This document shows positions 18,964 to 30,079 of a stretch of DNA of 64,000 nt, piece after piece (positions within the stretch are counted from its first letter, which is position 1; each line of letters starts with the position of its first letter). The position numbers were made by a program, and so were the translations under genes. Source of the stretch: a virus; IMG/VR virus record IMGVR_UViG_3300027749_000082, positions 1 through 64,000 of that record. One strand, 5' to 3'. Under the pieces are notes generated by a model. The model was not told the origin of the DNA. It was given only the letters and a program-made list of their open reading frames with translations, and did no database searches.

Positions 18964-19625
18964 ATAATAAAGTAATGATTGGTTATGATGCTCGTGAAGA
19001 TGCAGCATATAAAGCGTGTGTAAACTCTTTACACAAAAATTCATCTTGTACTATAGATATTACACCACTCAAACAGGATAAACTTACACAGCAACAAATT
19101 TATAAACGCTTACCTGACCCATTATCTAGTACAGAGTTTACATTTACACGATTTTTAACACCTTTTTTATGTGAGTATAAAGGTTGGGCAGTTTTTTGTG
19201 ATTGTGATTTTATCTTTATTGACGATATACAATCTCTATTCGAATTAAAAGATGAAAAGTATGCTATTATGTGCTGCAAGCATGAATATAAACCTACCGC
19301 AACACATAAAATGGATAACTGCAAACAGCATCTATACCCTAGAAAGAATTGGAGCTCACTTATACTGTGGAATTGTAATCACCCTAAAAATAAACTAGTA
19401 ACTCCAGAGTTAGTTAACACTCAAACAGGTCAGTATCTACATAGATTTATGTGGTTAGATGATTCAGAGATTGGTTCTCTCCCATTAGAATGGAATTGGT
19501 TAGTAGGTTGGTATAAAGAACCTCAAGACGGTAAACCTAAAGCATTACACTTTACAGAAGGTGGTCCGTGGTTTGATAATTATAAAGATTGTGAGTATAG
19601 TGATGTATATAACTTATATAAATGA
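18954..19625 (+). CDS. GT8-like glycosyltransferase
   Basis: IGYDARE, STEFTFTRFL, FCDCDF (DXD), YPRKNWSS, LPLEWNWL and HFTEGGPWF. Confidence 0.85.
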   Translation: MYLNNKVMIGYDAREDAAYKACVNSLHKNSSCTIDITPLKQDKLTQQQIYKRLPDPLSSTEFTFTRFLTPFLCEYKGWAVFCDCDFIFIDDIQSLFELKDEKYAIMCCKHEYKPTATHKMDNCKQHLYPRKNWSSLILWNCNHPKNKLVTPELVNTQTGQYLHRFMWLDDSEIGSLPLEWNWLVGWYKEPQDGKPKALHFTEGGPWFDNYKDCEYSDVYNLYK

Positions 19626-20458
19626 AAAAAACAATTACACAGGTTAGAGATATACAGTATAACTTAGAGGAATCTATTAATTTATTAACTTCTTTAAAGA
19701 GTATTGAAATTAATCCTGTAGAAGCGTGTACACGTAAGTGTAGTTTTTGCCCGAGAAGTAATCCAGAGCTATACCCAACAACCAATAAACGTATTACTCT
19801 CGAAACGTGTGAGAAAATTGCTAAAGATCTTCATAAAATAAACTATATAGGTAGAGTTGGGTTTGTAGGTTTTGGAGAACCACTATTACACAGACAACTT
19901 GAGCAGTGTATTGCTATTATACGTCAGTATAATCCAAAAATAACCTATATAGAGGTTATAACGAATGGTGACTTACTTACAACAACGAGAATTCAATCAT
20001 TATACGAGGCAGGATGTAATTTAATAGCTGTTAGTATGTACGAATATGATATTACAGAGCGTGTTGAAACACTACGTGGTAATATACCTATAGAAATAGT
20101 ATATAGACATCATTACGATGTAACTAAAAGCTATAACTTAGAATTAGTTAATAGAAATGAAATAACATTCGGTAAAACATATCTTAATATAGAATCACCG
20201 TGCTATATTCCGTTTTATAAAATGTTTATTGACTGGAATGGTGATATCTTAACATGTCAAAACGATTGGTCACGTACATTAACATTCGGTAACATTAATA
20301 TCGAGTCTATTAGTAATATATGGTTAGGTCAGCAATATAATGCGTTTAAAAATACTCTTAAGACAGGAAAACGTACTATTGAGCCTTGTAACAAATGTAA
20401 TGTATGCGGTATTAAACGTGGTGAAGCGGAATTTAACTTATTTACCGAGAGTAGGTAA
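19622..20458 (+). CDS. radical SAM protein with SPASM/twitch domain
   Basis: CTRKCSFC, GFGEPLL and ITNGDLL. C-terminal C.IPF...IDWNG..LTCQND..FGNI...PCNKC. Confidence 0.9.
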   Translation: MKKTITQVRDIQYNLEESINLLTSLKSIEINPVEACTRKCSFCPRSNPELYPTTNKRITLETCEKIAKDLHKINYIGRVGFVGFGEPLLHRQLEQCIAIIRQYNPKITYIEVITNGDLLTTTRIQSLYEAGCNLIAVSMYEYDITERVETLRGNIPIEIVYRHHYDVTKSYNLELVNRNEITFGKTYLNIESPCYIPFYKMFIDWNGDILTCQNDWSRTLTFGNINIESISNIWLGQQYNAFKNTLKTGKRTIEPCNKCNVCGIKRGEAEFNLFTESR

Positions 20459-21178
20459 ATAATTATGTCTTAATTGTTTTTTCTTCTCAATTAATTTAAG
20501 CATCTGCATACTATCTGTATCTAACACGCATCCTGGTATATTAACCTCAACACAGTCGTGTATAGTATCAGGTATTGGAGATATACCACATAAAACATCG
20601 CGTAATAATAGTGAATGTTTATACCAAGGTATTAAAAAATTACTACTACCTTTATATGTATTATTATAAAACACCTCTATATGATTAACAACAGTTGTAT
20701 TGGTAAGTATAGATGTCATGTTAGCTAACATCTCTTGTGTTTTTTTAGTTTTACGTAATATAGCAACACCTGCATCACAAATATTCGTAGGTGATACTAT
20801 TTTTGTAAGAGCATGATCTTTAATCATACTAGCTGCTCTTTGTAATCGACTACTTACCATAAATGCATCCGGATCCAAATATATACCTACATCATCATCC
20901 GTAAGAGTATGTAGAAAGTGAACCCATGCACCTACTTGACTACCTGTAACATTAAGATACTCGTAATTATACCCGCAAAATGCGTCCTTAAGAGTAATAG
21001 TTTGTATGTGTAAGTTACTATTATTAAAATATTGTGGAATATTAGTAACAACTGTAATACTATTAAAGAATTTAGTGTGTATTTTAGCCCATAAAGGTAT
21101 TAACTCCTTAGAATAAAATTCTTTTACATACTCAGGGCAGCTATCTACTACAATAAACGAGGTAAATAGATGATTCAT
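20438..21178 (-). CDS. putative nucleotide-sugar transferase (GT-A, DXD)
   Basis: GIYLDPDAF and DAGVAILRKT resemble GT-A nucleotide-diphospho-sugar transferases. Confidence 0.5.
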   Translation of the reverse strand: MNHLFTSFIVVDSCPEYVKEFYSKELIPLWAKIHTKFFNSITVVTNIPQYFNNSNLHIQTITLKDAFCGYNYEYLNVTGSQVGAWVHFLHTLTDDDVGIYLDPDAFMVSSRLQRAASMIKDHALTKIVSPTNICDAGVAILRKTKKTQEMLANMTSILTNTTVVNHIEVFYNNTYKGSSNFLIPWYKHSLLLRDVLCGISPIPDTIHDCVEVNIPGCVLDTDSMQMLKLIEKKKQLRHNYLPTLGK

Positions 21179-22095
21179 AATGTATTATATAGTTCTAAAT
21201 CAAACAATGTCAATCTATGAAACACTTTACCGTTAAATGTATACTCTTTTAGCTTATACCCCCTATATTCTGGTGTATTATTTAATAATATAAAATTTCC
21301 TGCAGCAGCAACTACATCTAAACATAATAACTCTTTCACCTTATTAAATTGATTACACACATCAGTAAGGATATTTTGATTATGTAAAATATAATCAGCA
21401 AACTTTAAAGTTACACCGTTCAAGTACATAGGTCTAAATTGGTTTAGCCTCGCTATTAAAGTAGTATTGCTACTAATACAAAAACCAAGACGCATACCAG
21501 TTAATAACCCCATTTTACTAAATGTTCGAACTATAATAAGATTGTATGGTAGATTGTTTAAGTTAATTACTTTAATAGGGTTAATATATGCTTCATCAAC
21601 AATTACATATTTATATTGCTTACACAATTCTAATATTTCATTAGTATTAAACGTGTAACCCGTGGGATTATGAGGAGATACAATATACAACCCCGTATGT
21701 GATATATCCTTATTTAAAGTAAGATCTAAAGAGAATTCTGTTTCAAAATTAAAGGGTATTTGTATTAAATCTTTATTATATAGTTTACAATAAAATGTAA
21801 ATAATTCAAATGTTGGTAATGTAGTTACCCATTTATTGCAATCTAATGTTTCAATTAGAGTCTTTAAAACAAATTCAGATCCATTATTAACGTGTATATT
21901 ATCACTAGTACAAGTTATAGCTTGTGCTAAACGTTTAATTACAGTAAACGGTGATGCATAACTATAGATATCTAAAGCAGTTACCTTAACATTTTTTAGT
22001 ACTATATTTATAAGTGATGGGCACAAGCACTCATTTTTATCTAATCTAAGATTAGAATGTGCATATAAAATTGGGTTTCGATTCATTTTGATCAA
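21175..22095 (-). CDS. PLP-dependent class I/II aminotransferase (HisC/CobD-like)
   Basis: LRLDKNE, NNGSE, SPHNPTG, IVDEAY, and RTFSK (PLP lysine) followed by GMRLG. Confidence 0.88.
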   Translation of the reverse strand: MIKMNRNPILYAHSNLRLDKNECLCPSLINIVLKNVKVTALDIYSYASPFTVIKRLAQAITCTSDNIHVNNGSEFVLKTLIETLDCNKWVTTLPTFELFTFYCKLYNKDLIQIPFNFETEFSLDLTLNKDISHTGLYIVSPHNPTGYTFNTNEILELCKQYKYVIVDEAYINPIKVINLNNLPYNLIIVRTFSKMGLLTGMRLGFCISSNTTLIARLNQFRPMYLNGVTLKFADYILHNQNILTDVCNQFNKVKELLCLDVVAAAGNFILLNNTPEYRGYKLKEYTFNGKVFHRLTLFDLELYNTL

Positions 22096-22672
22096 TATAT
22101 CTAATTATTTCAGAAAGATAAGATAATGTTTCATTAAACATAGGAGGATAAGCTTTAAGTACCTCTATAATACTATCTGTTGTTTGTAATAATGTTTGAT
22201 ATCTATCCTTTGCACGATTAATTGCTAAAATTAAATTTTTACTTTCATACATATCTAAATCATCATCATTCTTAATAAAATCTAAATTAACGCTATATTC
22301 CCTTTCAACATTTAACCATATATTTTCTTTAAGTTGTAATAGTGTGAGTTGATCGAGAGTATTAAATTTAAAACCTAAAGATCGTAAAGTATGTAATATA
22401 TGATATATTTTAACAACATCATAAGCATTTGCAATTAAAATAACATCATCTTCATTAAATAAACTTTCCTCTGATAGTCTTTTTATGTGCTCAACCTTAT
22501 AATTAAAATACGATAAAAATAAATCATTATATTCATAAAGTGTATAATGTAAAGGTAGTTCTATATTACAAATACTATTAGTAAATATATCTCTAAATAT
22601 AATAGTGTTATTAGAGTTACTTATTAATTCCCCACGATATGTTATATTTTTAAGTATTAACTCAATATACAT
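22052..22672 (-). CDS. hypothetical protein
   Basis: 206-aa ORF coupled between a tail-fibre gene and the aminotransferase. Confidence 0.55.
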   Translation of the reverse strand: MYIELILKNITYRGELISNSNNTIIFRDIFTNSICNIELPLHYTLYEYNDLFLSYFNYKVEHIKRLSEESLFNEDDVILIANAYDVVKIYHILHTLRSLGFKFNTLDQLTLLQLKENIWLNVEREYSVNLDFIKNDDDLDMYESKNLILAINRAKDRYQTLLQTTDSIIEVLKAYPPMFNETLSYLSEIIRYIDQNESKPNFICTF

Positions 22673-22674
22673 GT

Positions 22675-23307
22675 TTAAAACGCGGAAGGGTAAGTTAACG
22701 ACCCACTATTATAATTAATAATAACAGGTATAGCAGCAGATGTCCAGTTAGAGTTAAGATCCTGTATAATAATATTATCAATTCGATCTGAATTAGCGAC
22801 CTGATATGTGTTAGGTCCATTATAAGGTATAGTAGTATTATCACTATTTCCAAACAACCCACCTACAGTCATCGTAACGTTAATAGCTGTATCAGAAACC
22901 ACGGTTGTTGTACTTCTAATAAAAACATTACTGCTACTATATACTGATAACCTTAATTTAAACACTCCTCCTACTGACTTAGCATAATTTGTATTTATTG
23001 TAGCGATAACTGTACCATCACCTGATCTAGAATACTTTTTCCATGATTCGGAAGTTGTTTTTATATCACCTGATAATATAAAATAATTTTTTGCTTGAAA
23101 TAAGTTACAAATATCTCCGTATCCAATAATGTTATAGTTTGTAACACTAGCTCTATCCGTTACAGATTTAGACGGTTCATAATAAAAATTAAGATCAGTT
23201 AAACTTAACCCAACTGTAAAATTTGTAGATGATGCTGTAGTTGGTGAGTATCGTGGTTTAAAAATATTATCTAAATCTGTTTTATTATACTGGAAGTTAG
23301 ACGACAT
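22675..23307 (-). CDS. tail-fibre-associated protein
   Basis: Repeated (T/G)D(L/I)..(F/Y) units at the N-terminus, Ser/Thr-rich, follows the S74-containing fibre. Confidence 0.5.
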   Translation of the reverse strand: MSSNFQYNKTDLDNIFKPRYSPTTASSTNFTVGLSLTDLNFYYEPSKSVTDRASVTNYNIIGYGDICNLFQAKNYFILSGDIKTTSESWKKYSRSGDGTVIATINTNYAKSVGGVFKLRLSVYSSSNVFIRSTTTVVSDTAINVTMTVGGLFGNSDNTTIPYNGPNTYQVANSDRIDNIIIQDLNSNWTSAAIPVIINYNSGSLTYPSAF

Positions 23308-23310
23308 ATA

Positions 23311-24081
23311 TTACTTAGTTTGTACTAATATAGTTAATTCTTTAATAGCTTCAATTAATAGTGATGTAATTCGACCATAATCAATAGCAAGTGGTTCACC
23401 CTGTTCATCCTTTAGAACGAAATCAGGTGCAACTTTATTAACTTCTTCAGCAATAAGTCCAGTATCACTCTTACCAGTTTCCTTCCAATCAAACGTTACA
23501 CCTTCAAGCTTTTGAACAATCTCAAGTGCATTTATAATAGGCTTAACGTTTTCTTTAAATCTAATAGAAGATGTAGAATTAAATGTAGGTGCTGTAACAG
23601 CATAATTACACTGAGTTGGTCCATTAATTGTAACACCAGCACCTTGAGCTCCTGTTACTGTACCACCTAAATAAACCATTCCTGTTCCAAGGCTAAAAGA
23701 AAAAGGTTTAAAATTATTAGGACTACCTAACTGACTATTATAGTTTGTTAGTAATATATTAAAATTAGAATTATCGTTTTGCATTATTACACCATAATTA
23801 CTACTAACATAACGATCTTGACCATGACCAGTACTGTAACCTGTTGTTATATTTTCACTATTAGATATAAATCCTCCTGTACTTGTAATAGAGCCTACAG
23901 ATGAAAGTCCTCCGGTAATCGATAGTCCATTACCTTTACGTCCGATAGAAATAGCAGATGTATTACCGAGTCCATCATAAACAATTGATTGACCTACTGC
24001 AGGTAGAGAGCTACCATTTGCGTGTAATACACCAGCGTATGTATCACTAATCTTTGTCTGTGTTAATTTAATACTAGCCAT
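23311..24081 (-). CDS. tail fibre with C-terminal peptidase S74 intramolecular chaperone
   Basis: TSSIRFKENV...L.GVTFDWK...GLIAEEV...IDYGRITSLLIEAIKEL. TATAAATA at 24092-24099. Confidence 0.85.
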   Translation of the reverse strand: MASIKLTQTKISDTYAGVLHANGSSLPAVGQSIVYDGLGNTSAISIGRKGNGLSITGGLSSVGSITSTGGFISNSENITTGYSTGHGQDRYVSSNYGVIMQNDNSNFNILLTNYNSQLGSPNNFKPFSFSLGTGMVYLGGTVTGAQGAGVTINGPTQCNYAVTAPTFNSTSSIRFKENVKPIINALEIVQKLEGVTFDWKETGKSDTGLIAEEVNKVAPDFVLKDEQGEPLAIDYGRITSLLIEAIKELTILVQTK

Positions 24082-24103
24082 CTTATTATTATATTTATAC
24101 TGA

Positions 24104-26068
24104 TTATTCTATTATTAATGTATTGCTTGGATCACCACTACCTGCATTATAAACAGGTGCAATTTCATCACCCTTATCAGGTTGTGTTAAAGTAATTAAC
24201 TGTAACTGTAGATCGTATATCTTACGTATTGTTCTATTGATTACCCCTGTAATATTTTTTTCATTATCATGAATAAAATATTCATAGTTAGTGTTATTAT
24301 ATAATTGTGTTAAATCTATATTATAATTATAATCATTGTATATAAAAACTTTTAAAGCGTCATATGAACCTGTAAATCTACCTATAATATTATTTTTTAA
24401 ATTAATTATATCATACATTAACTTATAGATCTCCTTATTAAGAGAGCTACCCTGTATATATTCATTTGGATTTAGTGTAAACACGCTACCAAAATTATCA
24501 AAATTAGGTAGTTTGAGAACTGTTTTTACTAAATTTGGTTCTTTAAAGTAATAAATCTTAGTTTGCGATATAAAAAATAGTTTATCATAGTTTGAAGTTT
24601 GTGATGTTATCTTATAACCTGCTAATACATCACTAAATACTCCGTTTTTAGTTGGAGCTTTATTTTGTATAGTATCTATTACCACAGATGTATCCCAGTT
24701 AAATAACGCGTTACCCCACTGCATTGTAGCGTAATTCCAGTAGTTATTAACCTCATAGTGTGAGACAGTAGGGGCTTTAACATTTGCGAGTAGTTGCTCC
24801 GTCTGATAGCCTCCCTGCACAGAAGTAAGTTTATTTGTAAAATATTTATATACAGTATAATTAGTACAAATATAAAAGTGATTACTATCATTATAGGAAA
24901 AAGTAATATCATTTACATACTCATCACTACGTAGAGTAACTGTTAATATTTGTGTATTAAGTATATCAAAGCATTGATCAAGTATGTATAATTTAAAACC
25001 TGTACCGTAATATGTTAATATATATAAAAGATCGTAAAGCTTATTAAATTCTATTGCTGCAAGAGGCTCACTTTTAAAATTTATTTTTGTAATCCTTGCT
25101 TTAAAATTAAAATCTAAATCATATATCTTAACAACTCTATTATATGAATCATTTACTGCTATGTAATCATTACCCGCAGCTATTTCCTTAGGTTGATTAA
25201 ATAAAAGATTATCCTGCGCTCGACCTCTACCACCAATTATTTCGAGTAGATTGCGTTTGTTAGCTAAAACTGTATCTCCGTTTATATATCCGCTTATATC
25301 ATACTTTAAAACTGTATCATTACCTGTATCTGTTACATATAAATTATTATTAACAACTGCCATACCACCAATACTCGAAAATGTTAATATATTTTCTTGG
25401 GTTTGTGTCTGGTAATATGGTGAAGTTTCAATAATACCAATAGATTGATCATTACATGAAAGAGTTATTATAGATGTATCTGTATAGGCAAATATTGCTG
25501 CGTGTGTCTCATCATACGTATAATTTACCGGTACAAATCCTTTTATATCTGATATAAACTTAAAATTATCTGTATTTATAAATTCAATAGTATTGTAAAA
25601 CGATCCAGAAAGTACGCTTAAAGAAGTATCTGTAACATTTAATATACCAGCATACTTAAGAATAGGGCTCGAAGGTAAATTAGAGTCTGTAACAAAAAAT
25701 CTTGAGTATGTATAAGTTGTATTATCCTTTATTTTTGATAACTTATCTTTTAGTAAATCATAATTTAAGAAATCATTTGCTTCTATTAATATATCATTTA
25801 AAGCATAAGGTAAAGTTATATTATCATTAATTGCTCTATCAAAAAAGAACTTAGAGCAAAGTAAATCTGTCTTGTAGGTGTTAAGACGTTCAAGAGGTTG
25901 ATTTAAAGTCGGATCTGATGTTATGCATTTTAAAGATAAATCTCCTATAGTACTTGCGACATACGGTACACCGCTTAAAACCTCTACATAACCCTCATAA
26001 TTTGAACCGGTTAAAGTAAAAAGTCCCGTTTCAGCGTAAAATCGTTTGTAGTCACTATATTTTATCAT
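24104..26068 (-). CDS. virion protein with NHL-like beta-propeller
   Basis: NLYVTDTGNDTVLKY and FNQPKEIA...IAVNDSYNRVVKIY repeats. Confidence 0.65.
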   Translation of the reverse strand: MIKYSDYKRFYAETGLFTLTGSNYEGYVEVLSGVPYVASTIGDLSLKCITSDPTLNQPLERLNTYKTDLLCSKFFFDRAINDNITLPYALNDILIEANDFLNYDLLKDKLSKIKDNTTYTYSRFFVTDSNLPSSPILKYAGILNVTDTSLSVLSGSFYNTIEFINTDNFKFISDIKGFVPVNYTYDETHAAIFAYTDTSIITLSCNDQSIGIIETSPYYQTQTQENILTFSSIGGMAVVNNNLYVTDTGNDTVLKYDISGYINGDTVLANKRNLLEIIGGRGRAQDNLLFNQPKEIAAGNDYIAVNDSYNRVVKIYDLDFNFKARITKINFKSEPLAAIEFNKLYDLLYILTYYGTGFKLYILDQCFDILNTQILTVTLRSDEYVNDITFSYNDSNHFYICTNYTVYKYFTNKLTSVQGGYQTEQLLANVKAPTVSHYEVNNYWNYATMQWGNALFNWDTSVVIDTIQNKAPTKNGVFSDVLAGYKITSQTSNYDKLFFISQTKIYYFKEPNLVKTVLKLPNFDNFGSVFTLNPNEYIQGSSLNKEIYKLMYDIINLKNNIIGRFTGSYDALKVFIYNDYNYNIDLTQLYNNTNYEYFIHDNEKNITGVINRTIRKIYDLQLQLITLTQPDKGDEIAPVYNAGSGDPSNTLIIE

Positions 26069-29000
26069 TTGAAATCAATAAATTGTATATCGTTAATTTT
26101 AATACCCACTGGTAAAGCTGATGCTGTCTGATCGAGTATTATATTTTTGATGTTATTTTTAAAATCGGTATTAGTTATACCAGCATTCTTAACGTAAATA
26201 TTTATACTTTTAGAACTCGATACGGGCGAATACTTAAAGTATCTCTCTATCTCTTCTATATTACTTCTTTGACCGGAAGGTATTGATATAACTAAATTAT
26301 CAATAGGGTCTTTATTAATATTTAAAGCAAATATTTCATCTGTTTTAAGCGCTCTATCATATATATGACAATTACGTATACTAGTATTATTTAAATAGTA
26401 ATACCCAGGTTGTTTTAAGTATGTTGCAAGATCTAATCCATTAACAATACCTACAGCACCGAGATATAAGTCTTCAGATAATATTTGTTGTATATTATAT
26501 TTATTAGGAGGTATTGTTAAGTTTTTATATATAATACCGTCAATAAATAAGGTAATATTACCTTGCCTACTATCAAAGCGATATGTAAATGTATGATAAC
26601 CTATATCAAGATCTTGTAATGATAATTCTATATTTTGTTGAAGTGTATCTTCGGAGGATAGATAATTGGTGAGTGTCATATTAAATGACAAATCTGTACC
26701 GAGAGCCTGAATTTTATTAAAGTTTGTTAAATTATATCTTTTTCTAATAGCAGATGTATCAGAAACATACTGACCTGTTATACCTAAGTCTACTTTATTA
26801 GGTGCAGTTTCAACATTAGTTATATTACTTGTAAGAATATTCTGAACAACTAAATTACCTACAGGATGTATATCAAGATTACTACCAGATAACATTAAAA
26901 TAGTAGCGCTCTCATTTAAGCCTGTATCTGTATATTCACGAATAATATCAACGTGTATATTTTTATAAGGTCCAGCTCCAACAGGATCTACTGTTGTTCC
27001 TGATAATACATAAACCCGATTTGAAGTATATTGATACCAGTTAGTATCCGTTAATATAATAATATTATTATCTGTTGTTAAAGCAAAGTCATTAATAGTG
27101 CTTGATGTATCAAATAGTGACCGCGCGGTATTTGTAATTAAATTATAGTACCATAGTTGCTTATTATGAAGTAAAAAATAGATTTCATCTGCATTTTTAT
27201 ATTTAAATCTTTCACCGGGGATACTATATAATATATTATTATAGATAATTAAGCTTCTATGCTTACCCTGAATAGGTTCATTAACATATAATGGTAATAG
27301 TGTTGCATATACCGTGGTATAATTAAAGGTAAACTTATTTACTCGTACAACTACCCCAGTTATATCTAATAAAAAATATATATAATTATCATCTTGTGTA
27401 TAATTTTTATAACTAGTAATAGGTATAACTTCTTTTTTTAACTTATTACCTAATTCATTAACTTTGTACAATAATCCGTTATTACATATTACAAAAAAAT
27501 CATCAAGAGGCTTATAAACTATAATATCTCTTACATCTGTATCAAAGGTAATAGTCTTAATCAGTGTATAATTAGTATTATATATATAAACAATATTATC
27601 TTGATAAAGCGTTATAAAGGGAGTTACTTTAGTATCATTGAGAATTGTAAATTCTCTACTAGAGTTAGCTAAGGAGTATCCAATAGGTGTGCCAGGGTTA
27701 ACAAAAAGATCAAACGAGATAGTAAATTGTGAAGAGCAATTAACTGGATCTTTAATATTAAATTTATTATATTTTGTACCATCGTAAACTATACTATCAC
27801 TAATATAAGGTATAGCTACATTATTAGTTGTATAATAGTTAGAGAAGCCACTAACTAAAGGCATTGTATTTATTAAAGCATTTTGAATATCGTTACTATC
27901 TATCCTCGAGTAATAATACCTTGTGTTAGGCTCAATCGTTAGATCACTCTTTTTATCAAATATAAAATTTGATGTTCTACTAGGTGTATAGTAAATGGAG
28001 TCTATAGGATCTAAAAAAGAAGCAGAATAAGCAGGTGTAATACTAGAAGATAATGCTGCTTGTTTAGATATCCTATCAGGATAATAATATCTATCTACCC
28101 ACATTCCCATATTACTTGCACCACCAGATAACCATGTGCATAAGTATCTACCGTTTTCGAATGTAGTACTTTTAGCACGTGAACGATATATCTTATCTGC
28201 TAGTAATGGAGATGTAGAAGGTAAACTACCGTTATATATAAATTTTGTATCGTTAATATTAAGCTTTTCGTATGGATATAAAGAAGACGGAGTTACAAAG
28301 TATGTATCTCTACCGCTATATACTTCTATATCTTTATCATACCAAGTATAAATTAAAGAGATATGGTCATCTCCCCTTTCTTGATCATTACCTGTTCGTA
28401 ATGTTGTATATTCTCTAAATAATGTGCTTGGTATATTTCCTTCATTAATCGTAGTACTTGCTCCACGCTTAATAAAACCTTTTTCTGATCTACTATTATC
28501 TAAAGCAATATGATTTAATTCAATTGTATCACTAACCTCGTTATAATTTGTGTGTAGTATGTATTGATTAGTTTTATCAAAATCACTTTTTTCATTGTTA
28601 ATACTTAGTGTATTAACTTTATTAGTATTATAACTTATCCAGCTTGTATTTAATTTAGGGTTAATCGTCTCGTAATTATAATATACTCTAAATAATTTAT
28701 TAACTCGACCAAATGATGCACATAATACATTAACAAGTGTTAGGGATGTACCAGATAAGTTAACAGCAAATAGTGTATTATTATACTCTTTATATAATTG
28801 TAGGTAACCTGTACTATCTAATTGATATTGGAAAATATCATCTCCTTCATTACCTGCTGGTATGTATGTTGATATACTAGGTATAAATTGTAAATTATTT
28901 TGATTAATTACATTTAACACATAATAACCGTTCCCTGCATTATGTAAAACTCTTAAAACCTTATTATTAATAAAACTTAATTCAAAAAAGCTACCTGAAT

Positions 29001-29367
29001 TATTATAATCAACAGTACTTAAAATACTTAGAGTTGTTGTGTTATCTCCGGTTGCACGAACATTCAATACCTTTGGAACAGATAAAGAAGTGAGGTCATT
29101 TAGTATTAATGGTGTTGTAATAGTTCTTAAGTAATTATCCTTTTGACCAGGTAAAGAAATAAAATCTTCAAGTTTTTTAAGCCCTGTTAAATACTGTGAT
29201 GTATAATTATTAATTGATGAATCATATGCACCAGATAACGCATCTATAAGGTTAAACGAAAAGCCTTGTTCGCAAGTAATTGCAGATTGCTTATATTCAT
29301 AATTACCGTCAAGATATGTTGCTTTAGGTGTACGTATAGCAGCTAGGCTATATGTTTGTAAATTCAT
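26065..29367 (-). CDS. large baseplate-associated protein (LamG/ConA-like and propeller regions)
   Basis: About 1100 aa. C-terminal YHTFTYRFD..G.ITLFIDG...IYDRAL..EI LamG-like pattern. Start placed 6 nt after TTAAATA. Confidence 0.6.
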   Translation of the reverse strand: MNLQTYSLAAIRTPKATYLDGNYEYKQSAITCEQGFSFNLIDALSGAYDSSINNYTSQYLTGLKKLEDFISLPGQKDNYLRTITTPLILNDLTSLSVPKVLNVRATGDNTTTLSILSTVDYNNSGSFFELSFINNKVLRVLHNAGNGYYVLNVINQNNLQFIPSISTYIPAGNEGDDIFQYQLDSTGYLQLYKEYNNTLFAVNLSGTSLTLVNVLCASFGRVNKLFRVYYNYETINPKLNTSWISYNTNKVNTLSINNEKSDFDKTNQYILHTNYNEVSDTIELNHIALDNSRSEKGFIKRGASTTINEGNIPSTLFREYTTLRTGNDQERGDDHISLIYTWYDKDIEVYSGRDTYFVTPSSLYPYEKLNINDTKFIYNGSLPSTSPLLADKIYRSRAKSTTFENGRYLCTWLSGGASNMGMWVDRYYYPDRISKQAALSSSITPAYSASFLDPIDSIYYTPSRTSNFIFDKKSDLTIEPNTRYYYSRIDSNDIQNALINTMPLVSGFSNYYTTNNVAIPYISDSIVYDGTKYNKFNIKDPVNCSSQFTISFDLFVNPGTPIGYSLANSSREFTILNDTKVTPFITLYQDNIVYIYNTNYTLIKTITFDTDVRDIIVYKPLDDFFVICNNGLLYKVNELGNKLKKEVIPITSYKNYTQDDNYIYFLLDITGVVVRVNKFTFNYTTVYATLLPLYVNEPIQGKHRSLIIYNNILYSIPGERFKYKNADEIYFLLHNKQLWYYNLITNTARSLFDTSSTINDFALTTDNNIIILTDTNWYQYTSNRVYVLSGTTVDPVGAGPYKNIHVDIIREYTDTGLNESATILMLSGSNLDIHPVGNLVVQNILTSNITNVETAPNKVDLGITGQYVSDTSAIRKRYNLTNFNKIQALGTDLSFNMTLTNYLSSEDTLQQNIELSLQDLDIGYHTFTYRFDSRQGNITLFIDGIIYKNLTIPPNKYNIQQILSEDLYLGAVGIVNGLDLATYLKQPGYYYLNNTSIRNCHIYDRALKTDEIFALNINKDPIDNLVISIPSGQRSNIEEIERYFKYSPVSSSKSINIYVKNAGITNTDFKNNIKNIILDQTASALPVGIKINDIQFIDFK

Positions 29368-29437
29368 ATACAATATTTAATTATAATAATCAAGTTAGAA
29401 AGCTTTTATGTGTAAAGACTAATTACAAATTATATTT

Positions 29438-30079
29438 TTATACTATATAAGAAAAATAACCATCAGGCTGTAAATATCTATAGATACCGTCCGGTCTAAA
29501 TAAGTTACCCTGAGGTATACTAGTTAAGCTAGTATATTGTGTACTACTACTTAGCGATGTTAGTAAGCTAGGTACAATTTGGATATTATTTTTACTTTCA
29601 AAGTTAACAAAAGTTGTATTGTAAGAAATAGGCAATATTTGTGAGTTAATTGCTACATATTCTTTAATATCATCATAAAACGATCCGTGATATATATTAA
29701 AAGGTTGATAAAAGCTTACGGTTTCCCCGCTATCGTAAGTTAGTATAAATTTAGCTACTACATTAAGTGAATGTGTCACACTATTATTAATATAATCATG
29801 AGAATAACTCGTACACACTGAACCACCTATTTTTCCGTAAAGTATTTCATTAAAAATAGATTGGTTACGGTAGTCATAAACAGCATCCTTTTTAATTGAA
29901 ACAATATCATTACTATCACCCCATATTATATCTAAAAATAAAACCGTGTTGTATGGCTCAGTAATACCTGTAAGAATAAAATTAACTGTATTTTTACCCT
30001 TAAGTATTACAGGTTCATTGTATATACTAGCAGATGTTACTGTTGATAAATTAAAAAATATAGTAGTAGATCTGTTCAT
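29438..30079 (-). CDS. virion structural protein (PKD-like)
   Basis: IIWGD...SHDY pattern, within the baseplate cluster. Confidence 0.5.
   Translation of the reverse strand: MNRSTTIFFNLSTVTSASIYNEPVILKGKNTVNFILTGITEPYNTVLFLDIIWGDSNDIVSIKKDAVYDYRNQSIFNEILYGKIGGSVCTSYSHDYINNSVTHSLNVVAKFILTYDSGETVSFYQPFNIYHGSFYDDIKEYVAINSQILPISYNTTFVNFESKNNIQIVPSLLTSLSSSTQYTSLTSIPQGNLFRPDGIYRYLQPDGYFSYIV

Noticed and set aside
21175-22095. Calling the aminotransferase hisC (histidine auxiliary metabolic gene)
   Set aside because: The fold is HisC-like, but no other his genes are present, the C-terminus is shortened and the context is glycosyltransferases. Substrate unknown.
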